Assembly (NCBI GenBank): GCA_963832195.1
Contig: CAWHTH010000006.1
Coordinates: forward strand, 331,974-395,973
Direction of reading: 5' to 3'
DNA: 64,000 bases
Source: an uncultured Conexibacteraceae bacterium
GTDB taxonomy: Bacteria > Actinomycetota > Thermoleophilia > Solirubrobacterales > Solirubrobacteraceae
The notes beneath the pieces were generated by a model, which did not search any database, was not told the origin of the DNA, and saw only the letters and a list, made by a program, of their open reading frames with translations. The translations under genes were made by a program, and so were the position numbers. This document shows positions 26,492-35,371 of this stretch, in pieces. Positions within the stretch are counted from its first letter, which is position 1, and each line of letters begins with the position of its first letter.

Positions 26492-27193
26492 ATGACGGCA
26501 GTGCAGATGGACGGAGTGCGCCGGGCCTACGGCCCGGTCCTCGCCGTCGACGGCGTCTCGCTGCACGCTCGCGAGGGAGAAGTCGTCGCGGTCGTCGGGC
26601 CGTCCGGCTGCGGCAAGTCGACCCTGCTGGACCTCGTGTGCGGCCTCCAGCGGCCCGACGCCGGCACCGTGGAGGCGGACCGCGCCGTGCTCATGCCACA
26701 GCGGGACCTGCTGCTCCCCTGGCTGACGGCGCTCGACAACGCGGCCCTGCCGCTGCGGATCGCCGGGCTGGCCCGTGACGCGGCGCGCGAGCTCGCCCAT
26801 CCGGTGATGAGCGAGCTCGGCCTCGGCGGCTTCGAGCACGCCCGGCCGTACGAGCTGTCAGGAGGCATGCGCCAGCGCGTGGCCTTCGTCCGCACGCTCC
26901 TGGCCGGCGCGCCGGTCCTGTGCCTCGACGAGCCGTTCGGGGCGCTCGACGCGATCACGCGCGGCGAGGCGCAGAGCTGGCTCGCGGGCGCGCTCGAGCG
27001 CGAGCCGAGAACCGTGGTGTTCGTGACGCACGACGTCGAGGAGGCGGCGCTCCTCGCCGACCGCGTTCTCGTGCTCTCCGCGCGCCCAGGGCGCGTCGTC
27101 GGGAGCATCGACGTCGACCTACCCCGCCCCCGCGTCGCCACGGATGCGGACGTCGTGCAGACGCGCGCACGGGTGCTGGAGGCGATGCGCTGA
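26492..27193 (+). CDS. thiZ: ABC transporter ATP-binding protein (NitT/TauT family, ThiZ-like)
   Basis: The ATG at 26492 follows the GGAGGGAG RBS. GPSGCGKSTLL, LSGGMRQRVAF, LCLDEPFGALD. Confidence 0.85.
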   Translation: MTAVQMDGVRRAYGPVLAVDGVSLHAREGEVVAVVGPSGCGKSTLLDLVCGLQRPDAGTVEADRAVLMPQRDLLLPWLTALDNAALPLRIAGLARDAARELAHPVMSELGLGGFEHARPYELSGGMRQRVAFVRTLLAGAPVLCLDEPFGALDAITRGEAQSWLAGALEREPRTVVFVTHDVEEAALLADRVLVLSARPGRVVGSIDVDLPRPRVATDADVVQTRARVLEAMR

Positions 27194-27936
27194 TGCTCGC
27201 CGCCCTGCTGCTGCTCGCGCTGCTCGGCGCCTGGGAGGCATACGCGCAGCTCGGCGACCTCGACGACTTCATCCTTCCCGCCCCGACGGAGATCGGCGAC
27301 GCGCTCTGGCGGGACCGCGACCTGCTCTGGGACAACGCGGTCGTGACCGGCCAGGAGATCGTGCTCGGGCTCGCCCTCGCCCTGGCCGCGGGCGCGACGC
27401 TGGCGGTCGCGCTGCACTTCTCCGGGCTGCTGCGCCGCGCCTCGATGCCGCTGCTGATCTCGACCCAGGCGGTGCCGATCGCGGTCCTGGCGCCCGTCCT
27501 GGTCGCCTGGTGGGGGTTCGGGATCTTCCCCAAGCTCGTCGTGGTCGCGCTGGTCTGCTTCTTCCCGGTCGTCGTCACGACGCTCGACGGCCTGCGGGCC
27601 GTCGACCCCGACCTGCACAAGCTGCTGCGAACGCTCGGGGCTTCGCGCTGGCAGCGCTTCCGCTTCGCCGAGGCCCCAGCGGCGCTGCCGGCCGCGCTCA
27701 GCGGCGCGAAGATCGCGGTCGCGGTCGGCGGGATCGCGGCCGTGTTCGCCGAGTACACGGGCTCCAGCGAGGGGCTCGGCCACCTGCTGCTTCAGTCCGT
27801 CCCGCAACTCGAGACCGCGCGCGCCTGGGCCGCGGTCGTCGTGCTCGCGGCGATCAGCATCGCCTGCTTCTACGCCCTGGCCCTGGCCGAACGCAGCCTC
27901 GCGCCCTGGGCCCACCGACGAAAGGACCCCGCATGA
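27193..27936 (+). CDS. thiX: ABC transporter permease (ThiX-like)
   Basis: In-frame ATG at 27193 (TGATG overlap). About 6 TM segments and the EAA-like loop LLRTLGASRWQRFRFAEAPAALP. Confidence 0.85.
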   Translation: MLAALLLLALLGAWEAYAQLGDLDDFILPAPTEIGDALWRDRDLLWDNAVVTGQEIVLGLALALAAGATLAVALHFSGLLRRASMPLLISTQAVPIAVLAPVLVAWWGFGIFPKLVVVALVCFFPVVVTTLDGLRAVDPDLHKLLRTLGASRWQRFRFAEAPAALPAALSGAKIAVAVGGIAAVFAEYTGSSEGLGHLLLQSVPQLETARAWAAVVVLAAISIACFYALALAERSLAPWAHRRKDPA

Positions 27937-28931
27937 AGCGCCTGCTCGCGCTGCTCCTGCTCCCCCTCACGCTCGCGGCATGCGGCGAGAAGGAAGAGCC
28001 CACGAACGCGCGGCCGCCGGTGCAGCGGCTGACGCTGATGCTCGACTACTTCCCGAACGCCGATCACGCCGGTATCTACGCGGCCGAGGCGACGGGCGCG
28101 TTCCGCCAGGCCGGGCTCGACGTCGACATCAAGGCCCCGTCGGATCCCGCACAGCCGCTCAAGCTGGTCGCGGCCGGCAGGGCGGACCTCGCGATCTCCT
28201 ACGAGCCCGAGGTTCTGCTCGCGCGCGACAAGGGCCTGCGGGTCGCGTCGGTTGCCGCGCTCGTGCAGAAGCCGCTGACGTCGATCATGGCACTCGGCAG
28301 CGCGAAGGTGCGCACCGTCGCGGACCTCGAGGGCAAGACGGTCGGCACCGCGGGGATCCCGTATCAGTCGGCCTACCTCAAGACGATCCTGACGCAGGCC
28401 GGCGTCGATCCCGAACGCGTCAAGGAGGTCAACGTCGGCTTCAACCTCGTCCCCGCGATGCTGACCAAGAAGGTCGACGCCACGCTGGGGTCGTTCTGGA
28501 ACTACGAGGGCGTCGAGCTGCGCCTCAAGCGCAAGCGCCCCGTCGTGATCCGGATGGAGCGCGTCGGCCTCCCGGTCTACAACGAGCTCGTCGTCGTCGC
28601 GCGGGAGGAGGACCTGCGGCGGCGCGGGGCGATCGTGCGCCGCTTCCTGCTGGCGCTCGCGCGCGGGCACGAGGCCCTGCGCCGCGACCCCGAGACCGGC
28701 ATCGCGCCGCTCCTGGCCGCCAACCGCGACCTCGACCGCAAGCTGCAGGAGACCAGCGTGCGCGAGACGCTTCCGGTCTTCTTCCCCGAGGCGAAGGACC
28801 TCCCCTGGGGGTGGCAGGAGCCGCGCGAGTGGGAGGCCTACGGACGCTGGATGGTCGAGAACGACGTGCTCTCAAAGCCCCCGGCGCCGACATCGCTCAC
28901 GAACGAGTTCCTGCCCGGCCAGGGCGTCTGA
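27933..28931 (+). CDS. thiY: NMT1/THI5-like substrate-binding lipoprotein (ThiY-like)
   Basis: In-frame ATG at 27933 (ATGA overlap). Lipobox LTLAAC. LMLDYFPNADHAGIY, typical of NMT1/THI5-like binding proteins. Confidence 0.85.
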   Translation: MKRLLALLLLPLTLAACGEKEEPTNARPPVQRLTLMLDYFPNADHAGIYAAEATGAFRQAGLDVDIKAPSDPAQPLKLVAAGRADLAISYEPEVLLARDKGLRVASVAALVQKPLTSIMALGSAKVRTVADLEGKTVGTAGIPYQSAYLKTILTQAGVDPERVKEVNVGFNLVPAMLTKKVDATLGSFWNYEGVELRLKRKRPVVIRMERVGLPVYNELVVVAREEDLRRRGAIVRRFLLALARGHEALRRDPETGIAPLLAANRDLDRKLQETSVRETLPVFFPEAKDLPWGWQEPREWEAYGRWMVENDVLSKPPAPTSLTNEFLPGQGV

Positions 28932-29819
28932 CTAGGCCGCAGCTGCGAAGCGGGTCGCCGTGCCGGCCGTGCCGATCGCATGGCAGCCGGCAAGGCCCTG
29001 CCACTCGCCGTAGGGCGCGAACAGGGCCCGCACCTCGTCCTCGTCGGCGCGTGCGTGCGGGCTGCCTGTCTGCATCCGGCCGACGAGCTTGAGGTAGCCG
29101 AGGTCGCCCGCCGGGATCTGGTCGTAGCGGCCCTGGCCGTGGAGCGCGAGGACATCGAGCGTCCAGCGGCCGATCCCGGGAATCGTCTCGAGGCGGCGCC
29201 AGGCACGCTCGTGGTCGGGGGCGTGGAGGTCCGCGCGGCCGCTGGCGACCTCGCGCGACGCCCTGACCAGAGCGAGGGCGCGACCGGCACTGAGGTCGAA
29301 GGACTCCAGCCGCGCCGGCGCCTGGGCAGCGAGCGTGGCGGCGTCGGGCAGGTCGCGCAGGCCCGTGTCCGCGCAGCGGCGTCCGAGCCGGACCACTATT
29401 CGCCGCTCGATCTCGAGCGCGCGGCCGTACTCGATCAGCTGCTCGCAGATCGCCCACACCAGCACCTCGAACGGCTCCGGCCGCCGCAGTGCGCGCAGCC
29501 ACGGCTTGGCGCGGACCGAGGCGCCGATCAGCGGGTCGTCGCGGAAGCGCTCGTAGAACGGCCGCAGGTCGTCGTCGACGCCGAGCGCGAAGCGCATGCG
29601 CGCGATCGCTTCCTCGGCGACGTCGCTGCGCTGGGCCCAGGCGCCGAACACCACGCGCTGCGGCGCGGGCTGGGCGACGCGGACGATCGCCGCGGCGCCC
29701 TCGACGTGCAGCAGCCGCTCGAGCACGCCGCCGCGCCGTCTCAGCACCCAGTCGCCGCCACCGCCCCGCGGCAGCCTGAACGCCCACTTCGGCTCCACCT
29801 CGCGGCGCACTTCGACCAT
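28932..29819 (-). CDS. alkA: DNA-3-methyladenine glycosylase II (AlkA-like, HhH-GPD)
   Basis: 295 aa. HhH-GPD region LETIPGIGRWTLDVLALHGQGRYDQIPAGDLGYLK with the catalytic Asp context. Confidence 0.82.
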   Translation of the reverse strand: MVEVRREVEPKWAFRLPRGGGGDWVLRRRGGVLERLLHVEGAAAIVRVAQPAPQRVVFGAWAQRSDVAEEAIARMRFALGVDDDLRPFYERFRDDPLIGASVRAKPWLRALRRPEPFEVLVWAICEQLIEYGRALEIERRIVVRLGRRCADTGLRDLPDAATLAAQAPARLESFDLSAGRALALVRASREVASGRADLHAPDHERAWRRLETIPGIGRWTLDVLALHGQGRYDQIPAGDLGYLKLVGRMQTGSPHARADEDEVRALFAPYGEWQGLAGCHAIGTAGTATRFAAAA

Positions 29820-29836
29820 CGAGTATCCCGCAGCCG

Positions 29837-30154
29837 CTAGTCGCGCCCGCCGAGCAGGTGCACGTCGACGAGGAACGAGCGGCTCGCGACGACGGTGCCC
29901 AGCGCACTGCGCGCCCGGCTGCTGCGCTTCAGCGCCTTCTTGGCGCGGTGCCGGCGTACGACGGCGACCGTCACGGCGCCCGCGGCAAAGCCGCTCGCGG
30001 CCAGGACGGCCGCCTGCGCAGTGAACGGGACGAGCGGCGGCGGCTCGTAGACCGCCTCGGGCGCGGGGGCGCCCGCGGGAACAAGCAGGGCGTCGACGAT
30101 CTCGACGTCGTCGTCGCTCGTCGCAGCCGGGTCGTCAGCGTGCAGTTCGGTCAC
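29837..30154 (-). CDS. Hypothetical single-TM protein
   Basis: 105 aa. Acidic N-terminus, one TM (AAVLAASGFAAGAVTVAVV), basic tail. Confidence 0.4.
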   Translation of the reverse strand: MTELHADDPAATSDDDVEIVDALLVPAGAPAPEAVYEPPPLVPFTAQAAVLAASGFAAGAVTVAVVRRHRAKKALKRSSRARSALGTVVASRSFLVDVHLLGGRD

Positions 30155-30166
30155 CGAAGCCGGATG

Positions 30167-30793
30167 CTACCCGGCTCCTCCGGCGCCACGACGCCGCGGG
30201 GCTGTCCGGAAGACGTGGTCCCAGTACGGCGCGCTGACGCCGAAGCCGCGCTCGTCGTCCTGGAAGTGGTGGCGCATGTGCAGCTCGCGCAGCGCCCTGC
30301 CCATGGGCGTGCGCGGCGTGTGGTGATGCAAGTGGTAATGCAGCATGTCGTAGGCCAGGTACCCGACCAGGAACCCGCCGCCGAACGCCACGGCGGCGTC
30401 GTAGCCGAGCACCGCCCAGAACAGGCCCAGGAACGCCAGCGCCAGTGGGATCGACGCCGACGGCGGCATGACGAGCCTCAGCGGGTCGTTCGGGTGGTCA
30501 TGGTGGACGCCGTGGATCATCCAGTGCATCCGCGCGCCGACGCCGTCGTCGGGCTCGAAGTGGAAGACGACCCGGTGCAGCCAGTACTCGGTCAGGGTCC
30601 AGAAGACGTAGCCCGCGAGAGCGACGGCGATGCCCACCTGCGTGCCGAGGCGCTCCATGCCGGTGACCAGCAGGACTGCGATCGCCGGGCTGAAAAGGAC
30701 CAGCGGGACGGCTGGATGCACACGCGTGAAACGGTCAAGGACGACCGAGTCGAACATGGGCGGCGAAGCCCGCAGTTGCTCCGAGCGACGCAT
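30167..30793 (-). CDS. Fatty acid hydroxylase superfamily protein (FA2H/Scs7-like)
   Basis: 208 aa with the four His boxes in FA2H arrangement: HRVVFH, HGVHHDHPNDPLRLVMPP, YDMLHYHLHHH, HMRHHFQDDERGFGVSAPYWDHVF. Confidence 0.85.
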   Translation of the reverse strand: MRRSEQLRASPPMFDSVVLDRFTRVHPAVPLVLFSPAIAVLLVTGMERLGTQVGIAVALAGYVFWTLTEYWLHRVVFHFEPDDGVGARMHWMIHGVHHDHPNDPLRLVMPPSASIPLALAFLGLFWAVLGYDAAVAFGGGFLVGYLAYDMLHYHLHHHTPRTPMGRALRELHMRHHFQDDERGFGVSAPYWDHVFRTAPRRRGAGGAG

Positions 30794-30840
30794 CGTTGCC
30801 CAACTCTACCGCCCCTGCGGACAGTCCTGTTAGGGCTGCC

Positions 30841-31962
30841 TTAGAGCCCGCGTTCGTACATCCGGTAGCGCTTGACGATGCGGCCGTTCATCGCCTCCAT
30901 GCCCCGGTTCATCGCCTCGTTGGTCTCCAGGATCCAGCCCATCTCGCCGCCCTTTATGCGGGCATGGCGAGCGGCCGTGTCGAAGTGCTCGGCGTACAGG
31001 AGCGCCGCGACGCCGGTGTGCTGGTGCTCGGGCTTGACGCCGAGGAAGCCGACCCGCACGCGGTCGATGATCTTCGCCCTGCGCAGGAAGTGCCACCAGC
31101 CGAACGGGAGCAGCCGCCCCCGCATCCGCTCGAGCACCTGGTTTATGTCCGGCACGGTGATCGCGATCCCCACGGGCTCGCCATCGCTCTCGGCGACCAT
31201 GAACCAGTTGCGGTCGAAGACGAGCTGCAGCTCCTGGGCGTACGCGTCGAGGTCCTCCTTCGAATACGGCACGAAGCCCCAGTTCCGGCGCCAGGCGCGG
31301 TTGTAGATCTCGCCGAACAGGTCGAGGTCGCGGCGCAGGCGCCGGCGCGACATCCGCCGCAGCGTGACGCCGTGCTGCGACTGGGCCTGCTCGGCCAGCT
31401 CGAAGAGAATCGGTAGCGCCTGCTCGCGGTCAGCGACCTCCAGGTTCCACATGTACAGGTCCACCACCTTTTCGAGGCCCGCCTCCTCGCAGCGGCGCTG
31501 GTAATAGGGCGGATGCCAGGGCTGGCGCACCATCGGCCGCAGGTCGTGGCCGTCGATCACGATGCCGCTCTCGTCGTTCATCGCGAAGTCCGCCGGGCCG
31601 ACCATCCGCTGCATCCCACGCTCGCGCAGCCAGGCCTCGGCGGCGGCCAGGAGCGGCTCCAGCACGTCGGACTCGTCCTCGAGCTCCAGGAACCCGAACC
31701 AGCCCCAGCGCTCGCCGTGGTGCTCGTTGTAGGCGTGGTCGACGTGCGCGCTGATGCGCCCGACGACGCGCCCGGCGCGACGCGCCAGGAACAGCTGCGC
31801 CTCGCCGTGCTTGAAGAACGGCCCGAGCCGTCGGCTCAAAAAGATCCGGCGCTCGAGCCGCAGCGGCGGCACCCACGGCGTGCCCTCGTGGAGGCGGAAC
31901 GGCAGGTCGATGAACGCCCGGCGATCGCGGCCGCTCGCGACCGGAGTGACCTCGATGGGCAT
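30841..31962 (-). CDS. Large (373 aa) GNAT-family N-acyltransferase
   Basis: N-terminal FIDLPFRLHEGTPWVPPL..FFKHGEAQLFLARR.GRVVGRISAHVD. C-terminal GNAT motif A region GFLGVKPEHQHTGVAALLY. Confidence 0.75.
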   Translation of the reverse strand: MPIEVTPVASGRDRRAFIDLPFRLHEGTPWVPPLRLERRIFLSRRLGPFFKHGEAQLFLARRAGRVVGRISAHVDHAYNEHHGERWGWFGFLELEDESDVLEPLLAAAEAWLRERGMQRMVGPADFAMNDESGIVIDGHDLRPMVRQPWHPPYYQRRCEEAGLEKVVDLYMWNLEVADREQALPILFELAEQAQSQHGVTLRRMSRRRLRRDLDLFGEIYNRAWRRNWGFVPYSKEDLDAYAQELQLVFDRNWFMVAESDGEPVGIAITVPDINQVLERMRGRLLPFGWWHFLRRAKIIDRVRVGFLGVKPEHQHTGVAALLYAEHFDTAARHARIKGGEMGWILETNEAMNRGMEAMNGRIVKRYRMYERGL

Positions 31963-31989
31963 GGGCGGGGCACCCTATAGGGTGTCCAC

Positions 31990-33264
31990 GTGGCCCAGCG
32001 TGCCGCCGTCGATGTCTTCGAGAAGGCCCGCACGCACGAGCGCGCCGAGATCCTGCGCGCCGCCCGCGAGGCCGACGTGGTGCCCTATTTCCGCCTCCTC
32101 GAAGGTCCCGCGCGGCCGGTCGTAGAGATGGAGGGAGCCCAGCGGATCATGCTCGGCTCCAACAACTACCTCGGGCTCACGGCCGACGAGCGCGTCATCA
32201 ACGGCGCCCGCGAGGCGCTCGAGCGCTACGGCACCGGCCTGACCGGCTCGCGGCTCCTGAACGGCACGATCCCGCTGCACCTCGAGCTCGAGGCCGAGAT
32301 CGCGGACTGGATGGGCACCGAGGACGCGATCGTGTTCACGACGGGCCACCAGGCCAACATCGGGACGCTCGGCACGATCCTGCAGCCGGGCGACACCGTC
32401 GTGGCGGACTCCGGCGACCACGCCTCGATCCTCGATGGCTGCCTGCTGTCGCGCGCAAAGCTGCGGCCGTTCCGCCACAACCGGCTCGACAAGCTCGAGC
32501 GGGCGCTGGAGCGCGCTGCGGACGACGGCGGCGGCGTCCTCGTCGTCGTCGACGGCGTCTTCTCGATGGAGGGGGACATCGCCCCGCTGCGCGAGATCGC
32601 CGATCTGGCTCAGGCCCACGGCGCGCGGCTGATGGTCGACGAGGCTCACGGCGCCGGGGTCCTCGGCGCGCGCGGGGCCGGGACCGCCGAGCTGCTCCGG
32701 GTCGAGGACCGCGTCGACCTGCGGATGGGGACGTTCTCGAAGTCCCTGGCCTCGTGTGGAGGCTTCATCGCCGGCAGCGCCGAGGTGGTCGAGTTCCTAC
32801 GGATCCAGTCGCGCGCGTTCCTATTCACCGCCGCGGCCGTGCCGGCCGCCGTCGGCGCAGCGCTGGCGGCGCTGCGCGTAGTCCGCAGCGACGACGGCCG
32901 CGAGCTGATGGCGCGCGTGCTCGACAACGCGCGCTACCTGCGCGATGGCCTCGAGGAGCGTGGCTTCGCGGTGGTGGCACCGCAGCCGATCGGCGACGGC
33001 GGCGACATCGTCACGCCGATCGTGCCCGCGCTCGTCGGCGACGACTGGAAGGCCGCCCTGCTCTGGAAGGCGCTCTACGACGAGGGCGTCTTCGTCAACA
33101 CCGCGCTGCACCCCGCGGTGCCGCCCGGCGGGGCGCTTCTCCGCACCAGCGTCATGGCGACCCACGACCGCGCAACGCTCGAGGAGGCGCTCGATCGCTT
33201 CGCGTCGGTGAAGGCCCGCTTCGAGTCGGAGCACGGACCGTTGCCGGCTCCCGGTGCACACTGA
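31990..33264 (+). CDS. Alpha-oxoamine synthase, serine-palmitoyltransferase-like (PLP-dependent)
   Basis: 424 aa. YFRLLEG, MLGSNNYLGLT, YGTGLTGSRLLNGT, DSGDHASILDG, VVVDGVFSMEGDIAPL, MVDEAHGAGVLG, GTFSKSLASCGGF (PLP Lys). The GTFSKS and YF..E features fit SPT/ALAS-type enzymes better than BioF/KBL. Confidence 0.85.
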   Translation: MAQRAAVDVFEKARTHERAEILRAAREADVVPYFRLLEGPARPVVEMEGAQRIMLGSNNYLGLTADERVINGAREALERYGTGLTGSRLLNGTIPLHLELEAEIADWMGTEDAIVFTTGHQANIGTLGTILQPGDTVVADSGDHASILDGCLLSRAKLRPFRHNRLDKLERALERAADDGGGVLVVVDGVFSMEGDIAPLREIADLAQAHGARLMVDEAHGAGVLGARGAGTAELLRVEDRVDLRMGTFSKSLASCGGFIAGSAEVVEFLRIQSRAFLFTAAAVPAAVGAALAALRVVRSDDGRELMARVLDNARYLRDGLEERGFAVVAPQPIGDGGDIVTPIVPALVGDDWKAALLWKALYDEGVFVNTALHPAVPPGGALLRTSVMATHDRATLEEALDRFASVKARFESEHGPLPAPGAH

Positions 33265-33352
33265 TCGCCGACGTTGTTGCGCACTATCTGAGCTCTCGCG
33301 CGGCCGCCTCAAAAAAAGGGCGCTCTGAGCGAATCTTGCACTCGTTTACCAG

Positions 33353-33382
33353 TTGACCACAACTAGCCGCCTCGCGTAGCTT
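33353..33382 (+). promoter_or_regulatory. Candidate housekeeping-sigma promoter (TTGACC-N18-TAGCTT)
   Basis: Read directly in the lower-GC part of the 300-nt intergenic region. It would give a roughly 180-nt leader for the gene at 33565. Confidence 0.3.
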
Positions 33383-33564
33383 GCGCACCGCGTCGCAGGC
33401 ACTGCCGGGGAATGCAATCCGGCCCAGAGGGAGCGGGAGAAGTGGGAGGTCGCTCCAGGGTCGAATTGGCTTGTCGGGGATCCACCGGTCACGCGTCTGC
33501 GTCCGCATGCACGCACTAATCGAGAGGGAGCTGCTCGCCGTCCGGCGGGCGGTCAGGAGGACAG

Positions 33565-33951
33565 ATGACTGCAGTCGCGACGATTGCCCCCGGCCCGCAG
33601 TACATGCGGGCGCTTGCACGCGCCAACGAGGTTCGCCTCGCCCGCGCCGAGCTCAAGCGCCGAGTGGCCGACGGGGAGATCACCGCCGCGAGCGTAGTCC
33701 TGGAGTGCCCGTGGGAGGCGGAGTCGATGACCGTCGCCGACCTGCTCACGAGCCAGCGCCGCTGGGGCACGACCAGGTGCCGGAAGTTCCTCCAGTGCAT
33801 TCCCATGTCCGAGAACAAGACGATCGGCTCGATGACCGAGCGCCAGCGGCTGGCCATGTCCCAGCTGCTGGCGACCGTCTCGAGCGGTGCGCCGGCACGG
33901 GCCGACGTGCAGCCGGCGTTCGGGGTTTCGTTCGCGGGGATGCCTGCTTAG
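33565..33951 (+). CDS. Actinobacterial IHF-like (mIHF/sIHF-type) DNA-binding protein
   Basis: 128 aa. GGAGGA RBS. ARANEVRLARAELKRRVADGEI....MTVADLL.S....G....RKFL...MSENKTIGSMTERQR is collinear with mIHF. Family call is from memory of the motif pattern. Confidence 0.5.
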   Translation: MTAVATIAPGPQYMRALARANEVRLARAELKRRVADGEITAASVVLECPWEAESMTVADLLTSQRRWGTTRCRKFLQCIPMSENKTIGSMTERQRLAMSQLLATVSSGAPARADVQPAFGVSFAGMPA

Positions 33952-33994
33952 AGGGAGCGTCCGCGCGCTGGGGCCGGCATTTCGATGGCCGGCC

Positions 33995-34390
33995 TCAGCG
34001 CGTCGCGATCTCCAGCAGGTGTCCGTCGGGATCCCGGAAGTAGATCGAGCGGAAGCGCCCGCGCTCGAAGACCTCTGAGCAGGGCACGCTGCGCGAGTTG
34101 AGGTAGTCGCGCCAGGCCGCCTGCTCTGCCGCCGAGTCCACGGCGAACGCGAAGTGGTGGGTCGCGCCGCGCCCCTGGCGGCCCTCCTCCATCTGCGGGT
34201 ACTCCATGAACGACACGAGCGTCCCCGCCGCGCCCTGGGCGTCGCCGAACCAGAAGTGGCGCGCGCCGGGGTCGTCGTCGTTGGCGCCCTCCTGCACGAG
34301 CGCCAGCCCCAGGATGTCGCGGTAGAACGCGGTCGTGCGCTCGAGGTCGGCGACGATCGCCGTCACGTGATGCAGGCCGGAGAGCCGCAT
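33995..34390 (-). CDS. VOC-family (glyoxalase/bleomycin-resistance/dioxygenase) protein
   Basis: In-frame ATG at 34390 gives MRLSGLHHVTAIVADLERTTAFYRDILGL...HHFAFAV...IYFRDPDGHLLEIAT. The rest of listed ORF 33995..35053 is shadow sequence. Confidence 0.85.
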   Translation of the reverse strand: MRLSGLHHVTAIVADLERTTAFYRDILGLALVQEGANDDDPGARHFWFGDAQGAAGTLVSFMEYPQMEEGRQGRGATHHFAFAVDSAAEQAAWRDYLNSRSVPCSEVFERGRFRSIYFRDPDGHLLEIATR

Positions 34391-34446
34391 GCGGGGCGGG
34401 TCCGGGTTCTCGGGCGACGCCGGCGGGGGCGGCGTTGGCAGCTGGC

Positions 34447-34932
34447 TCACGCGCGAAAGCCTAGACCGCCGCTGCGGCGCATGAACGCCCTGCGCAAGAG
34501 CGTGAACGCGCCCGCGAACACCGCGACCGCCCACGCGAGGATCACGGCCTGAGGCAGCGACGTCAGGTAGAACAGGGGCAACGCGGCGACGATCGCACAG
34601 ATGCCCGCGAGCAGGCCCGAGTGGGAGCGAAAGCCGGCGAAGTGCTCGCGGACGGCCAGCTCGCCGGCGGAGAGGGAGATGAGCGTGATGCCGCAGGCGA
34701 TCAGGACGCCGCGCCGGTCCCCCGTCACAAGGAAGCCCCAGACCAGCAGCACGAGCGCGATCAGGATGCACAGCTCGTTGAGCGGGAACGGCGACCAGGG
34801 CGCCTGCGGCGCCTCCTCCATCCGCGCTCGGCGGTCCGGGACGCGCGGCGGCGCGGGGCGTGCCGCGGGCGCGGCAGCGGGGTCGCGCGTCGGCGCGGCG
34901 GTGGTCGCGCGCTTGCGCGAGCGTCGGCCCAT
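34447..34932 (-). CDS. Integral membrane protein (4 TM), unknown function
   Basis: 161 aa. Basic/Pro-rich N-terminus followed by four hydrophobic helices. Confidence 0.55.
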   Translation of the reverse strand: MGRRSRKRATTAAPTRDPAAAPAARPAPPRVPDRRARMEEAPQAPWSPFPLNELCILIALVLLVWGFLVTGDRRGVLIACGITLISLSAGELAVREHFAGFRSHSGLLAGICAIVAALPLFYLTSLPQAVILAWAVAVFAGAFTLLRRAFMRRSGGLGFRA

Positions 34933-34943
34933 GGGCGCGGATG

Positions 34944-35351
34944 CTACGAGGTGGCCGCGGCGGCGAGGGCCGCTTCGCGGCTACGGAACCAGACCACGCG
35001 TGTGACCTTGCCGTCTCGCACCGTCCAGAGGCCCCACTGCGGCTCTTCCACATCGGCCCCGCTGGCGCGTCCGCGACCGCGCATCGTCACGACGGAGATC
35101 ACCTGCGGCCCGGCCGCGAAGACCTCCTCGAGGTCATAGCGAACCCCCGCGAACACCTCGTAGATCTCCTGGAAGAAGCGCCGCAGGTCATCGTGTCCGC
35201 GCATCACCCTGCCGCCGGTCACCTGGCCCACCGGCGTGCCGGCCGTGTGCCATTCGATGTCCGGGTCGTAGAGGTCCAAGACGGTCGCCCTGTCCCCGCG
35301 CGCGAGCGCCTCGTACACCCTGCGCACGACGTCGACGGGCTGCCCGGCCAT
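34944..35351 (-). CDS. NTF2-like (SnoaL-like) protein
   Basis: In-frame ATG at 35351: MAGQPVDVVRRVYEALARGDRATVLDLYDPDIEWH..GHDDLRRFF.. This is the canonical SnoaL-like N-terminus. Confidence 0.75.
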   Translation of the reverse strand: MAGQPVDVVRRVYEALARGDRATVLDLYDPDIEWHTAGTPVGQVTGGRVMRGHDDLRRFFQEIYEVFAGVRYDLEEVFAAGPQVISVVTMRGRGRASGADVEEPQWGLWTVRDGKVTRVVWFRSREAALAAAATS

Positions 35352-35371
35352 GCCGAGAAGGCTACGAGGTG

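Noticed and set aside
33300-33330. Rho-independent terminator for the oxoamine synthase gene at the A7 run
   Set aside because: On the plus strand it is an A-run, not a U-run. The adjacent stem is only 4-5 bp, so it would only make sense for a minus-strand RNA (noted as a low-confidence finding).
33440-33480. GGGTCGAATTGG, vaguely like a tRNA T-loop (GGTTCGAATCC)
   Set aside because: No complementary T-stem, acceptor stem or anticodon arm can be drawn around it.
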